DNA from: an uncultured delta proteobacterium
GTDB taxonomy: Bacteria > Myxococcota > Myxococcia > Myxococcales > Anaeromyxobacteraceae
Length of the DNA: 64,000 nt
Assembly: GCA_963766715.1 (NCBI GenBank)
Contig: CAVYBH010000012.1
Location: 64,001 to 128,000 of the forward strand
Direction of reading: 5' to 3'
Notes under the pieces: generated by a model
What the model was told of the DNA's origin: nothing
Databases searched by the model: none
The model's input: only the letters and a program-made list of their open reading frames with translations
Translations under genes and position numbers: made by a program
Shown here: one piece after another, positions 22,742-32,914 of the stretch
How the letters are laid out: every line of letters starts with the position of its first letter
Numbering within the stretch: position 1 is the stretch's first letter

Positions 22742-23371
22742 ATGGCCTTTCGCGTCTTCCGAGCCGAGTTCCTCCGCACCGCGGTGAAGCGCCAGGAATG
22801 GCCGCCGCCCCCGAACCTCCCCGAGATCGCCTTCGTGGGGCGCAGCAACGTGGGCAAGTCGTCCATGCTGAACGCGCTCTCCCGGAAGTCCGGACTGGCC
22901 CGGGTGTCCAACACCCCGGGGCGCACCCGCGCCCTCCAGTTCTTCGAGCTCGAGATCCAGCCCTCCGGCGCCACCAAGGTGGCCCGGATCCGCTTCGCCG
23001 ACCTGCCCGGCTACGGGTACGCCAAGGTCTCGAAGGCCGAGAGGCAGACCTGGGTGGAGATGATCGAGTCGTACCTGCGGGAGCGCGACCCGCTCCGGGC
23101 CGTCGTGCTCATCGTCGACGGGCGCCACCCGCCCCAGCCGAGCGACCACGAGGCCCTCGAGTTCCTGCGGTCGAGCGGCCGCCCGGTGGTGGTGGCGGTC
23201 ACGAAGATGGACAAGCTGCCCCGCAACAAGCGGCTGCCCGCCCTGCGCGCCGCCGAGGACGACCTGGGCATCCCCCGGGGCGAGGCGGTCCCGTTCTCGG
23301 CGGTGGAGGGAACCGGGACCGACGCGCTCTGGGACCGGCTGGCCGCGCTGACGCGCACGCCCACCGTCTGA
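22742..23371 (+). CDS. engB: Ribosome biogenesis GTPase EngB/YihA
   Basis: GRSNVGKSS, SNTPGRT, DLPGYG, TKMDK. Confidence 0.95.
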   Translation: MAFRVFRAEFLRTAVKRQEWPPPPNLPEIAFVGRSNVGKSSMLNALSRKSGLARVSNTPGRTRALQFFELEIQPSGATKVARIRFADLPGYGYAKVSKAERQTWVEMIESYLRERDPLRAVVLIVDGRHPPQPSDHEALEFLRSSGRPVVVAVTKMDKLPRNKRLPALRAAEDDLGIPRGEAVPFSAVEGTGTDALWDRLAALTRTPTV

Positions 23372-23374
23372 CGG

Positions 23375-23890
23375 TCAGTCGTCGTCCGAGCGCCTCGCCT
23401 CGATCTCGCCGAGGATGCGCTCCAGCCGCCGCTCCTCCCGGGAGACGTCGAAGCCCACCGCCCGGGCCCCGTCGACGATGGCGAGCAGGAACAGGAAGAG
23501 GTCGAGGTGATCCCGGGTCACCGGGTCCGACGGGTGATCCACGAGGTGGTGCTCGAGCCGGGCCGCCGTCGCGGCGAAGTCGCGGAAGCAGGCCACCGAG
23601 GGGAGCCCCGGCAGCGGGCCGGTGGCGGACGCCAGCGGCTCGAAGGCGACCCCGACGTCGGCCAGGATCACCTGCCGCCCGTCGTCCCGCAGCAGCGCGA
23701 GATACGGCGCACCGGTGTCCCGGTTCCGGGACTCGGCGACGCCGGAGATGCGAGCCCAGTCGACGGGCAGGGTCTTCCCGGAGAAGACGTCGAAGAGGGC
23801 CGGCGCCTCGGTGTCGAGGAGGAGCGCCGAGGGACGTTCCCGCGCGAACCGCTCCACGAGCGACCGCTGCGCGGCCCGGTCCTTCACCAC
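23375..23890 (-). CDS. Hypothetical protein
   Basis: Distal part of ORF 23375..24811 has protein-like composition; directly downstream of greB. Confidence 0.7.
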   Translation of the reverse strand: MVKDRAAQRSLVERFARERPSALLLDTEAPALFDVFSGKTLPVDWARISGVAESRNRDTGAPYLALLRDDGRQVILADVGVAFEPLASATGPLPGLPSVACFRDFAATAARLEHHLVDHPSDPVTRDHLDLFLFLLAIVDGARAVGFDVSREERRLERILGEIEARRSDDD

Positions 23891-23904
23891 CTCGCCCTCG
23901 CGGC

Positions 23905-24405
23905 TCACGCGCCGGGCTCCCAGCCGATCGCCACCACGGTCACCTCGGTCGTGCCCGCGGGTCGCCTGACCACGACCACGTCGCCGACCCGCTTGCCGAG
24001 CAGGGCCTTCCCGAGCGGGGCGCTCACGCTGATGAGGCCGGACTCCACGTCGAACTCGTCCGGCCCGACCAGCCGGTAGCGGCGCTCCTCGCCGTCGTCC
24101 TGCTCCACGGTGACCCAGGCGCCGAAGTAGGCGCGTCCGGAGGGGTGGGGAGCCGGAGCGATCACGGTGAGGGAGTCCATCCGCTCGGAGAGCTCGCGCA
24201 GCCGGCGGTCGAGCTCCCGGAGCTTCTTCTTCCCGTAGATGTACTCGGCGTTCTCGCTGCGGTCGCCCAGCGCGGCGGCCGCCCCGACCTCCGCCACCAC
24301 CCGGGGCCGGCTCACCGTCCAGATGCGCTCGTGCTCCTGGGCGATCCGGCGGAAGCCCTCCGGGGTGATGTAGCGGGGAGCCCCCACGGGCTTCTTGGTG
24401 CGCAT
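23905..24405 (-). CDS. greB: Transcription elongation factor GreB
   Basis: YITPEG, GDRSENAEYIYGKKKLRELDRR, ISVSAPLGKALLG. Confidence 0.93.
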   Translation of the reverse strand: MRTKKPVGAPRYITPEGFRRIAQEHERIWTVSRPRVVAEVGAAAALGDRSENAEYIYGKKKLRELDRRLRELSERMDSLTVIAPAPHPSGRAYFGAWVTVEQDDGEERRYRLVGPDEFDVESGLISVSAPLGKALLGKRVGDVVVVRRPAGTTEVTVVAIGWEPGA

Positions 24406-24446
24406 TCTCGCGTGGTCCCTCTTCGCCGGAATATACTCGCGCCCCT

Positions 24447-25355
24447 GTGAAGGTCACGGACATCCTCCGGTTCGCTCGGGAGCGCGGCGACCCGGTCTTC
24501 TCCTTCGAGTTCTTTCCTCCTCGCACCGACGAGGGGGAGCGGCAGCTCTTCCTGACCGTGGAGGCGCTGCGCCCGCTGGGGCCGGCCTTCGTCTCGGTGA
24601 CGTACGGCGCGGGCGGATCGGAGCGCGCCCGGACCATCGACCTGGTCAAGCGGCTCAAGCGCGATGCCGAGGTCGAGCCGGTCGCCCACGTCACCTGCGT
24701 CGGATCGCCCCGCGACGACGTGGCCCGCGTCCTCGACGAGGTGGCCGAGGCCGGCATCCAGAACGTGCTCCTCCTCCGCGGCGATCCCCCGCGGGGCGAG
24801 AAGACCTTCACGCCGCATCCCGACGGCTTCCCCCACGCCAGCGATCTCGTGGCCTACGTGCGGTCGCAGGGCAGCCGGTGGGGCTTCTGCGTGGGCGCGG
24901 CCGCCTACCCGGAGGGCCATCCGGAGACCCGCGACCTGGCGCGCGACCTCGCGAACCTCAAGGTGAAGGTCGACGCCGGCGTGGACTTCCTCGTCACCCA
25001 GCTCCTCTTCGACAACACCCACTACTTCCGCTTCGTCGAGCGGGCCCGCGCGGCCGGCATCGCGGTGCCGGTGCTCCCCGGCGTGATGCCGCTCACCAAC
25101 GTCGACCAGATCGAGCGCTTCACGGCCATGTGCGGCGCGTCCATCCCGCCGCCCCTGCGCGCTGCCATGGAGGTCCGGCGCGCCGATCCCGAGGCCTCGC
25201 TCCAGCTGGGGGTGGCCTACGCCAGCCTGCAGTGCGCCGACCTGCTCCGTCGCGGCGCCCCGGGCGTCCACTTCTACACGCTCAACCGCTCGCCCAGCTC
25301 CCGGGCGATCCTGGCCGCTCTCCGGGCCCGCACGCCCTGGCGCGACGGCGCCTAG
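24447..25355 (+). CDS. metF: 5,10-methylenetetrahydrofolate reductase
   Basis: SFEFFPP, VSVTYGAGG, LRGD, AYPEGH, TQL, HFYTLN. Confidence 0.96.
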   Translation: MKVTDILRFARERGDPVFSFEFFPPRTDEGERQLFLTVEALRPLGPAFVSVTYGAGGSERARTIDLVKRLKRDAEVEPVAHVTCVGSPRDDVARVLDEVAEAGIQNVLLLRGDPPRGEKTFTPHPDGFPHASDLVAYVRSQGSRWGFCVGAAAYPEGHPETRDLARDLANLKVKVDAGVDFLVTQLLFDNTHYFRFVERARAAGIAVPVLPGVMPLTNVDQIERFTAMCGASIPPPLRAAMEVRRADPEASLQLGVAYASLQCADLLRRGAPGVHFYTLNRSPSSRAILAALRARTPWRDGA

Positions 25356-25360
25356 ATTCG

Positions 25361-26103
25361 CTAGCGCGAGGCGGCGACCGCGCCGAGCTGGGATCGGAAG
25401 GCGCGCTCGAAGGCTGCGACCGACGTGCCGGTCGAGGCCTGGAAGGCCGACGGGAAGTCCCGCCCCGAGGCGAGCGACGACAGGATCCGCCGGACCGCCG
25501 CCTCGCCGTGGCGATCCACGAGGTGGTGGAAGGCGCGATCGGCCGTGCCGTAGGCGAGCGCCGCGTCGGATTGCAGCGCCAGGGCCGTGGGGCGGAGCGC
25601 CGAGGCGTCGGCCCGCTGGTGGTTCTCGCCCGCGGTGAACGAGGCCAGCCCTTCCTCGAACCAGCCGGGGACGTCCCGGACCGCCCATCGCGGCCCGATC
25701 CGCTGGAAGAGGAGGCAGTGGGTCAGCTCGTGCGCGAGCAGGGAGGTGAGCGCCTGGTCGCTGGCGCGCCCGCGCGACCAGGTCCGCGGGGACTGCAGCT
25801 CGACCGAGTCGGCCCGCGCCCAGGCCCGGAGCCAGGCATCGGCCGGGCGCCCCGCCGCGTCGGCCAGCGCCGAATGGGAAGGGTGGATGCGAATGGTGAC
25901 CGGGCCGGACAGCGCCCCCCAGCGCTCGACCCGGCCCACCGCCTCCGGGAGGACCCGGGCGACCTGGGCCGCGGCCTCGTCGTCCTCCGGCGCGTGGCGG
26001 ACGTCGACGCCGGGCGCGAGCGGCGCCGCGGCCAGGCCGTGGGCACAGGCGGCCAGGAGCAGGAGGGGAGCGAGGGCGAGGGGGTTGGACCGCAAGGTCC
26101 CAT
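25361..26103 (-). CDS. Putative zinc-metallopeptidase-like lipoprotein (peptidase MA-like)
   Basis: LAAC lipobox; AHELTH and WFEEGLA motifs; start uncertain (26095 or 26103). Confidence 0.7.
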
Positions 26104-26173
26104 GCGTACCTCGCCGTCCCGGGGTACCGTCCTTGACCCGGATCAGTAAGCGAAACCTTCAAGGAAACGTTGA

Positions 26174-27608
26174 TCAGCCCCGGAGATACCAGGACCAGCG
26201 GTCCTTCCCGAGCAGCTTGGCGTCGTACATCGCCGCGTCGGCGAAGCGAATGAGCTGGCCCGGGTCGATCGCGTCGTCCGGGAAGGCCGCCACGCCCACG
26301 CTGGCCGACAGGGCGACCACCTCCTGGGTGGGGAGCTCCACCGGGAGGCGGGCCACCGAGATCATGCGCCCCAGGGCCCGGTCGATCTCCAGGCGCGTCC
26401 GGGCGCCGGAGAGCAGGAGGACGAACTCGTCGCCGCCGATGCGCGCGACGGTGTCGCCGCCGCGCATGGCGCCCTTCAGCCGGCGGCCGACCTCCCGGAG
26501 CAGCTCGTCGCCCGCCGCATGGCCGTGCCGGTCGTTCACCGCCTTGAACCCGTCGAGGTCGAGGAAGCAGACGGCCAGGATCGTGCCCGACCGCCGGCTC
26601 GACGGCCATCGCCTGCTCGAGCCGGTCCATGAGGAGCAGCCGGTTGGGGAGCCCGGTGAGGGGATCGTGACGCGCGACCGCCTCGAGGGAGTGCTCTCGC
26701 CGCTTCTGGTCGGTCACGTCGGAGATGGAGGTCACCGCGCCGAGCAGCGTCCCGTCGACCGGGTCGCGGAGCGGATGGGCGCTCGCCAGGATGAATCGTT
26801 CCTCGCCGCGGCCGTCGACGAAGCGGAGCGTGGCCGACTCGGAGCGCCCGGTCTGGAGCGCGCGCGAGGGCGGGAAGCCGTTCGCGTCGAGCAGCGAGCC
26901 GTCCTCCGCCGAGAGGCCGAACCGGGCGTCCTGGAGGTTCAGGTCGCCGGCGTCGCCGGGCAGGTCGAAGAGGCGGCGGACGCGGGGGTTGGCGTAGACG
27001 AGGCGCCCCTCCGGGTTCCACAGCCCGATCCCCTGGTCGACGACGTCGAGGATGGCGCGGAGCTGGGCCTCGCTGTGGCGCAGCCGCTCCTCCATCTGCT
27101 TGCGCGAGGCCACGTCCCACGCGACGTCGGCGAGCGCGGAGACGTCCGCGAGGTCCTGGTCGTCGTAGTCGGTCGCCTTGTTGCCGACGCCGAGGACGGC
27201 GACGATGCGGTCGTTGCGGAGGACGGGGACCACCATCTCCCGCACGACCCGGGCGTGCCCCTCCGGCAGGGGCTGGCGGTGCGGGAGGCTGGCGTAGTCG
27301 TTGTGGACGATCGGCCTCCGGAGGCGGACGCAGTCGGCCCAGACTCCTGCCTTGTCGACGGCGTAGTGCTGGCCGGCTCCCTGGGCCTGGCAGAACTCGG
27401 CGGTGGTCCGGCTCGACCAGGCCTGGAGGGTGAGCGTGACCTGGTCGGGCTCGACGAAGTGGAAGAAGCCGATGGGGCTCCCCGAGAGGTTCCCGGCCTC
27501 GTCCAGCGTGGCGACGAGCAGTTCCTGGAGCGAGAGGCGGGCCGCGGCCTCGGCGAGGCGCAGCCGGGCGCCCAGGACCTTGGCCGCGGGCTCGTCGCCG
27601 AAGGGCAC
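26174..27608 (-). CDS. GAF-PAS-GGDEF diguanylate cyclase (one apparent frameshift near 26600)
   Basis: GAF (VLGVGNKATDY), PAS, HDPLTGLPNR, DLDGFK, RIGGDEF, ADAAMY. Confidence 0.88.
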
Positions 27609-27628
27609 GGCGCGTCCCCTGTCGCCGG

Positions 27629-28126
27629 TTACGGCCAGAAGACCGCCTGGCAGGACTGCGAGAGCTGGTCGCGGCGCGTGACCAGGCAGGCGATGACACC
27701 GCCGTCGCCGACCGGGACGCCGGGGCAGAGCCGGGTGCGGTCGGCCCCGCAGGACTTGACGAACCATTCGTGCAGCTCGAGCCCCTTCTTGCACTCGGAG
27801 GAGATCTCGGCTCCGGTGGCCGGCGAGGCAGGCGTAGAGGCGGCCCTGTCCGGCCGGGACGCCCTGGCAGTAGGCGAAGGCGTCCCCCTGGCAATCGAGG
27901 GTGACCTCGTTGGCGCGCTGCTGCGCCCAGTTCAGCAGGGCCTGGCAGCCGTCGGAGAGCTGGTTCCAGTTCGAGCGGAGGCAGAAGTAGACCCGCCCGT
28001 CGCCGGGCGGGGTGGCGCTGCAGAGCCGCTGCGCGTCGGTCAGGCAGGCGTCCTCGGCCGGGGCGGGGGAGGGCGCCATCGCGGCGCCAGGGCCACCGCG
28101 ACCAGGATCCACTTCCGGTTCGACAT
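27629..28126 (-). CDS. Secreted cysteine-rich repeat protein (three C-x7-C...C-L...C units; apparent frameshifts)
   Basis: Joined frames give ACLTDAQRLC..GRVYFCL / DCQGDAFAYC..GRLYACL / SCGADRTRLC..GGVIACL. Confidence 0.7.
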
Positions 28127-28138
28127 GCTGCCCTCCGG

Positions 28139-28577
28139 CTAGAAGTTGAACGTGACGATGAGGGTATCGCCGTACGCGCCTTCCGGCACGTTCTGCATGG
28201 GGGGGACCCGTCCGAACACCGCGACGGGCTCGCCCCTCCCGGCGCCGAGGTTGCGGGTCACGGTGCCGTTCGTCCCGTCGCCCCACACCTGCGTCCTGCT
28301 GCCGTTCGTGTAGATGTTGTACTGGAGCTGGGCCTGGCCGCTTCGCATCGTGCGCGGCCAGAAGGACCCCGCGCTGCCGGGCGAGAACTGGATCTTCACG
28401 GCGGACGGCTCGTTGCAGCGGAACTCCACCGTCCCCGTGACGTCGAGGGGCGCCGTGGCGGAGATGTCGTAGGTGCCGAAGGCGAGTCCAGCCGCCGAGA
28501 CCGTGCAGGTGGCCGCGCTCGCCTCGAGGCAGGCGGCGAGGGCACACGCGAGAGAGCACGGCGCGGACGCGGATCAC
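28139..28577 (-). CDS. Csu-type (spore coat U domain) pilin subunit
   Basis: ATCTVSAAGLAFGTYD, VEFRC, LQYNIY, GAYGDTLIVTFNF; an indel in the signal peptide; TAACAT -10 box 6 nt before the GTG. Confidence 0.85.
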
Positions 28578-28723
28578 GGGTCGATGTTAGTCCACATCCG
28601 GGTGCTCGCCAGTCCGGAGCCGCCTCCCACATCGCCGCAGGTTTTCTTGCACCCGCCCCGGTCGGTCGTACCCTCCTGGGCGATTTCGCCTGACCAGGAG
28701 CGGCGAAGAGGGCGCCGGAAGAG

Positions 28724-28738
28724 TGACGAAAGTCGTCA
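28724..28738. promoter_or_regulatory. Palindromic operator/enhancer TGACGA-N3-TCGTCA
   Basis: Perfect inverted repeat ~50-65 bp upstream of a sigma54-like promoter. Confidence 0.5.
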
Positions 28739-28790
28739 AGCGACATCCACTTACAGCCCCGGATTTCGAGGGCTTGGACGGGGCGGGTCC

Positions 28791-28806
28791 TGGCACCGGG
28801 TGTGCT
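28791..28806 (+). promoter_or_regulatory. sigma54 (-24/-12) promoter candidate for the pilus operon
   Basis: TGGCACCGGGTGTGCT fits GG-N10-GC; ~70 nt upstream of the pilin ATG. Confidence 0.6.
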
Positions 28807-28875
28807 TTGCGTCACCCCGCCGAGGCCGGGCACGGTCCCGTTCCTCGCATACTCCTCCGACCGAAAGGACATCCG

Positions 28876-29362
28876 ATGCGCCGCTCCTCGAAGATCGCCA
28901 TCGCCGCCGCCACCGTGGCCGCCGCCGCCCTCGCCGTCACCCTCGTCCCCCGCTCCGCGGACGCGGCCACGGCCACGAGCAGCTTCACCGTCACGGCCAA
29001 CGTGGCCACCGCCTGCACCATTGGAGCGGCGAACGTCACGTTGGCCTACGACCCGAACGCCGCGAGCCGCGACCACCGCCCCCGCCACGGTGACCCTGCA
29101 CTGCACCAGCGGGACCCACTACGACGTGGGCCTGCTCTCGGCCGGAACGCTCGTGGGCGCAGGCGGCGCACTCAACTACTCCATCTTCAAGCCGGGAACG
29201 ACGAACACGCCGTGGACGAACACCGGATCCGGCCTGGTGAGCGGCAGCGCCACCTCCTTCGCGAACGCCATCGTCCTGGCAGGTACGGTCTCGATTCCCC
29301 CGGCGCAGGACGTGCCCGCCGGCGCCTACGTCGAGAACGTCACCGCCACGGTGACCTTCTAG
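28876..29362 (+). CDS. Csu-type (spore coat U domain) major pilin (one apparent frameshift near 29067)
   Basis: Signal peptide; donor strand ATATSSFTVTANV; ACTI...LHCT; LNYSIF; GAYVENVTATVTF. Confidence 0.88.
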
Positions 29363-29364
29363 CC

Positions 29365-30109
29365 ATGCCCACCCGCCTCGCCGCCCTCGCCGCCGCCGCG
29401 CTCCTGCTGGGCGCCGGATCGGCCCAGGCGGCCGAGGTCCAGGTGTCGCCGGTCATCGTGAGGCTCTCGCCCGCGGCCCGAAGCGCGATCGTCGTCGTCA
29501 AGAACCAGGGGCAGGAGACGGCGCGCTTCGAGCTGCAGGCACGGAGCTGGGAGCAGAGCCTGGCGGGCGAGATGATCCTCGGGCCCACGAGCGACCTGGC
29601 GGTCTACCCGCCCGTGCTCACGCTCGCTCCCGGCGAGGAGCGAAACGTCCGCATCGGCGCCATCACGCCGTTCGGCGGGGTGGAGAAGACCTACCGGGTC
29701 TTCCTCCAGGAGATGCCCCCGCCGGAGACGCCGGAAGGGCCCTCGCAGGTCCGGGTGCTCTCCCGCATCGGGCTTCCGGTGTTCCTCGCCCCCGCCAAGG
29801 CGGTCGAGCGCACCCGGCTCCTCGACCTGGCCGCCCGCGGTGGGAAGGTGACCTTCCGCCTGGTGAACGAGGGAACGGTCCACGTCCGGCCCGCGTCGGT
29901 GAAGCTCGCCGGGCTCGCGGCGGGCGGCAAGAGCACCTTCGAGACCGAGCTGGCGGCCTGGTACGTGCTCCCGGGCGGAGAGCGGGTCTACGAGGTGGAG
30001 ATCCCGACCCGAGGCGTGCGACGCCACCCGCGAGCTCGAGGTCTCGGCCAAGCTGTCGCGGGAGGTCATCCGCGCCTCGCTGGCGACGCCGAGCGCCTGC
30101 GCTCCTTGA
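29365..30109 (+). CDS. Periplasmic fimbrial chaperone (CsuC/PapD-like)
   Basis: VSPVIV, PPVLTLAPGEERNVRIG, EKTYRVFLQE, LPVF, NEGTVH; an indel near the 3' end. Confidence 0.88.
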
Positions 30110-30112
30110 GCC

Positions 30113-32474
30113 GTGCGCGTCCTCCTCGTCATCGCAGCGGTGGCCCTGGCGTCACCGGCGGTGGCCGGCGAGGCGCCCGCGGCCACCTTCGTCGGGCCTG
30201 CCCCGACGCTCGAGTCGCCTTCGGCCCTCTCGCCGGCCATGCGCGTCCACCTGGACGTGCGGCTGAACGGCGTGGCCAGGGGAGAGTCGCTCGTGCTCCT
30301 GGAGGGGGACGACGCCTGGATCTCGATCGAGGACCTGCACGGCTTCGGGGTGCAGAGCTTCGACGGCACTCGCCGCAGGAGCGACGGGAAGGAATGGGTC
30401 TCGCTCCGGTCGCTCGCACCGAAGCTCCAGTTCGTGCTGGAGGAGCGCACCTTCGCGCTCGATCTCACCGTGGGGCCCGCGCTGCTCGGCTCCGCGCGGC
30501 TGGACATCGGCTACCAGCGCCCCGCCGGCACGGTCATGGGCGACTCCACGAGCGCCTTCGTGAACTACGCGGGGCAGGTGGATCTCCAGGGACGGGCTTC
30601 CGGGTACGGCGAGGCCGGCGTGAGCTCCGGCCCTGCGCTCCTCTCGTCCGGGTTCTCGGTCACGGCGCTCGGCGCCCCCGTTCGCGGCATGACCGCCTTC
30701 AGCTACGAGCTCCTCTCCCGGCTCGAGAAGCTGGTGGTGGGGGACGCCGTCGTCGCATCCCAGGGGATCGGATCCTCGGGCGTGGTCGGCGGCGTGACCT
30801 GGGGACGCGACTTCGCGCTCGACCCGTACCTGGTCGTCGCGCCGCGCCCGTCCTTCACCGCCTTCGCGGCCACGCCGTCGACGCTCGAGGTCTGGGTGAA
30901 CGGCTCGATGGTGCGCCAGCAGCCGGTGCCGGCGGGGACGCTCGACCTGACCAACATCCCGGTGGTGGCCGGCGTGGGCGACGTGCGCACCGTGCTCCGC
31001 GACGCCTACGGCCGGGAGCAGACCTTCGACCTCCGCTCCAACTTCGCTCCCGCGCTGCTCGCGCCGGGCATCACCGAGTTCGGCTACACCGCGGGGTTCA
31101 TCCGGAACCAGCTCGACACGACCAGCTTCTCCTACGGACGCCCCGTCCTCCTCGGGCGGCACCGCGTGGGGCTCGACGACGTGGTCACGGTCGGAGGCCG
31201 CGTCGAGGCCTCGCTCGATCGCTTCCTGGGCGGTCCCTCCGTGACGATGGGCACGATCCTCGGACAGGTGGACCTGGAGCTCCTGGGGAGCGTGGCGCAG
31301 GGAGCGCCGGGCGGCGCGGCGGCACTGGGCTGGTCGTGGATGGGGCGCCGCTGGTCGAGCGGGCTTGCGCCTGCGCGCGCAGACGCCCGCCTTCTCCACG
31401 GCCACGCTCGATCCGTGGAGGGACCGTCCGCTCGGAGACCTCACCGCGTTCGGATCGGTGTCGCCGCTCGAGCGGCTCGGACTGGGCGTGGACCTCACGG
31501 CGACCCGCTGGCGCGACCTGGGGAACATGGCCAGCGTCACGCTCCGCGCCGACCTCGCGCTGGGGGCCGGGCTCACCCTGCTCGCGTCGGTGACGCAGAC
31601 GGCGGGAGGCCCCGCGGCGGGCCCGAGCGGGATGCTCTCCCTCTCCTGGGCGCTCGGCGATCGGACGACGGCCCAGGCGTCTGCGGGCGCCGGTACGCCG
31701 GGCGTGGCGGCCTCGGCGGGCGTGGCGCGCTCGCTTCCGGTGGGGCCCGGGTACGGATACCGGGTCGAGGGCGAGGCGGGCTCCGCTGGCGCCGTCGCCT
31801 CGCGCGGGTCGGGCCTCTTCCAGGTCCAGACCAGCTTCGGGCACTACGAGGCGCAGGTGGATCAGCTCGGCAAGACCACGCTCGGCGCCGTCCGCGCCGC
31901 GGGCGGGATCGTCATCGCCGGCGACCGGGTGTTCGCCACGCGCCCGGTCGAGGAGGCCTACGCGCTGGTGCGCGTCGGGGTCCCGGGGGTGACCGCCTAC
32001 CTGGAGAACCAGGAAGCGGGCGTCACCGACGACCACGGCGACCTGCTCGTCCCGTCCCTGCTCGCCCGCTACGCGAACCGGCTCTCGATCCGCGCCTCCG
32101 ACATCCCGATGGAGTACGAGGTCGGCAAGGTGGAGCGGATCGTGGCCCCGATGCGCAAGGGCGGGATGGTGGTCCGCTTCGACGTCTCGCCGGTCCGCGC
32201 CGTTCTGGGGCGCCTGCGACTGGACGGGGACGGGGGGCGGGCGCCCGGTGGCGGCGAGCTGGTGGTCGTGCAGGACGGACAGGAGCTCCGGACCGCCACC
32301 TCGTCGGACGGCCGGTTCTTCCTCGAGGGCGCGAGGCCGGGACGCCACGCGGCCGAGGTCGTCTGGCGCGGCGGGAGATGCCAGGCCACGCTGGTGGTGC
32401 CGGAGACGCCAGGGGTCCAGGACATCGGCGAGACCCGATGCGACGCCGGAGAGCGCGTGGCCTCGGCCCGCTGA
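30113..32474 (+). CDS. Fimbrial outer-membrane usher (CsuD-like; one apparent frameshift near 31365)
   Basis: LDVRLNG, FVNY, STLEVWVNG, LRDAYGRE, LLAPGITEF, TRPVEEAYALV, YLEN..GVTD. Confidence 0.9.
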
Positions 32475-32475
32475 G

Positions 32476-32781
32476 TCAGCGCTCGACGATGGCCGTCGGC
32501 GCACCGTCGGTGAGGACGGTGGCGAGCACCGGGATCCCGGCCCCGCCGGCGGTCCCGGCTGCCGCGACGGCGGCGGTGCAGGCGGCCGACCCGGGAGCGC
32601 CGCAGGGAAGGGCCACGGAGCGTGCGGTCCCGACGAAGGAGGCCGGAAGCGCGGTACCCGGCTTGCGAAGCGGCGCCACGACCTGCACCGAGACGCTGAA
32701 GGAGGCCCTCCGTCCCTCCGCGAGCGCGGCTGTGGTGAGGAGTCCCACCAGCACCGCGCATGTGAGGCGAAGGGCGACCAT
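32476..32781 (-). CDS. Small secreted protein beginning with a pilin donor-strand-like motif
   Basis: Signal peptide ending ALA, then RRASFSVSVQVV; TAGGGT -10 box 6 nt before the ATG. Confidence 0.6.
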   Translation of the reverse strand: MVALRLTCAVLVGLLTTAALAEGRRASFSVSVQVVAPLRKPGTALPASFVGTARSVALPCGAPGSAACTAAVAAAGTAGGAGIPVLATVLTDGAPTAIVER

Positions 32782-32914
32782 GGCTCCACCCTAGAGTGCA
32801 CGCCGTGGGCCGGTACAGTCCCCCAGGAATGTGGCACGCTTGCGCGACCTGTCCGGGGGGTGCTCCGGCACCCGGAGGGGCTGCGCAGCGCCCCGGGGAG
32901 GCTAGACTCCGGGG

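Noticed and set aside
32832..32847. TGGCACGCTTGCGC as a sigma54 promoter
   Set aside because: GG-to-GC spacing is not the required 10 nt, and the downstream gene has a -10 box beside its ATG
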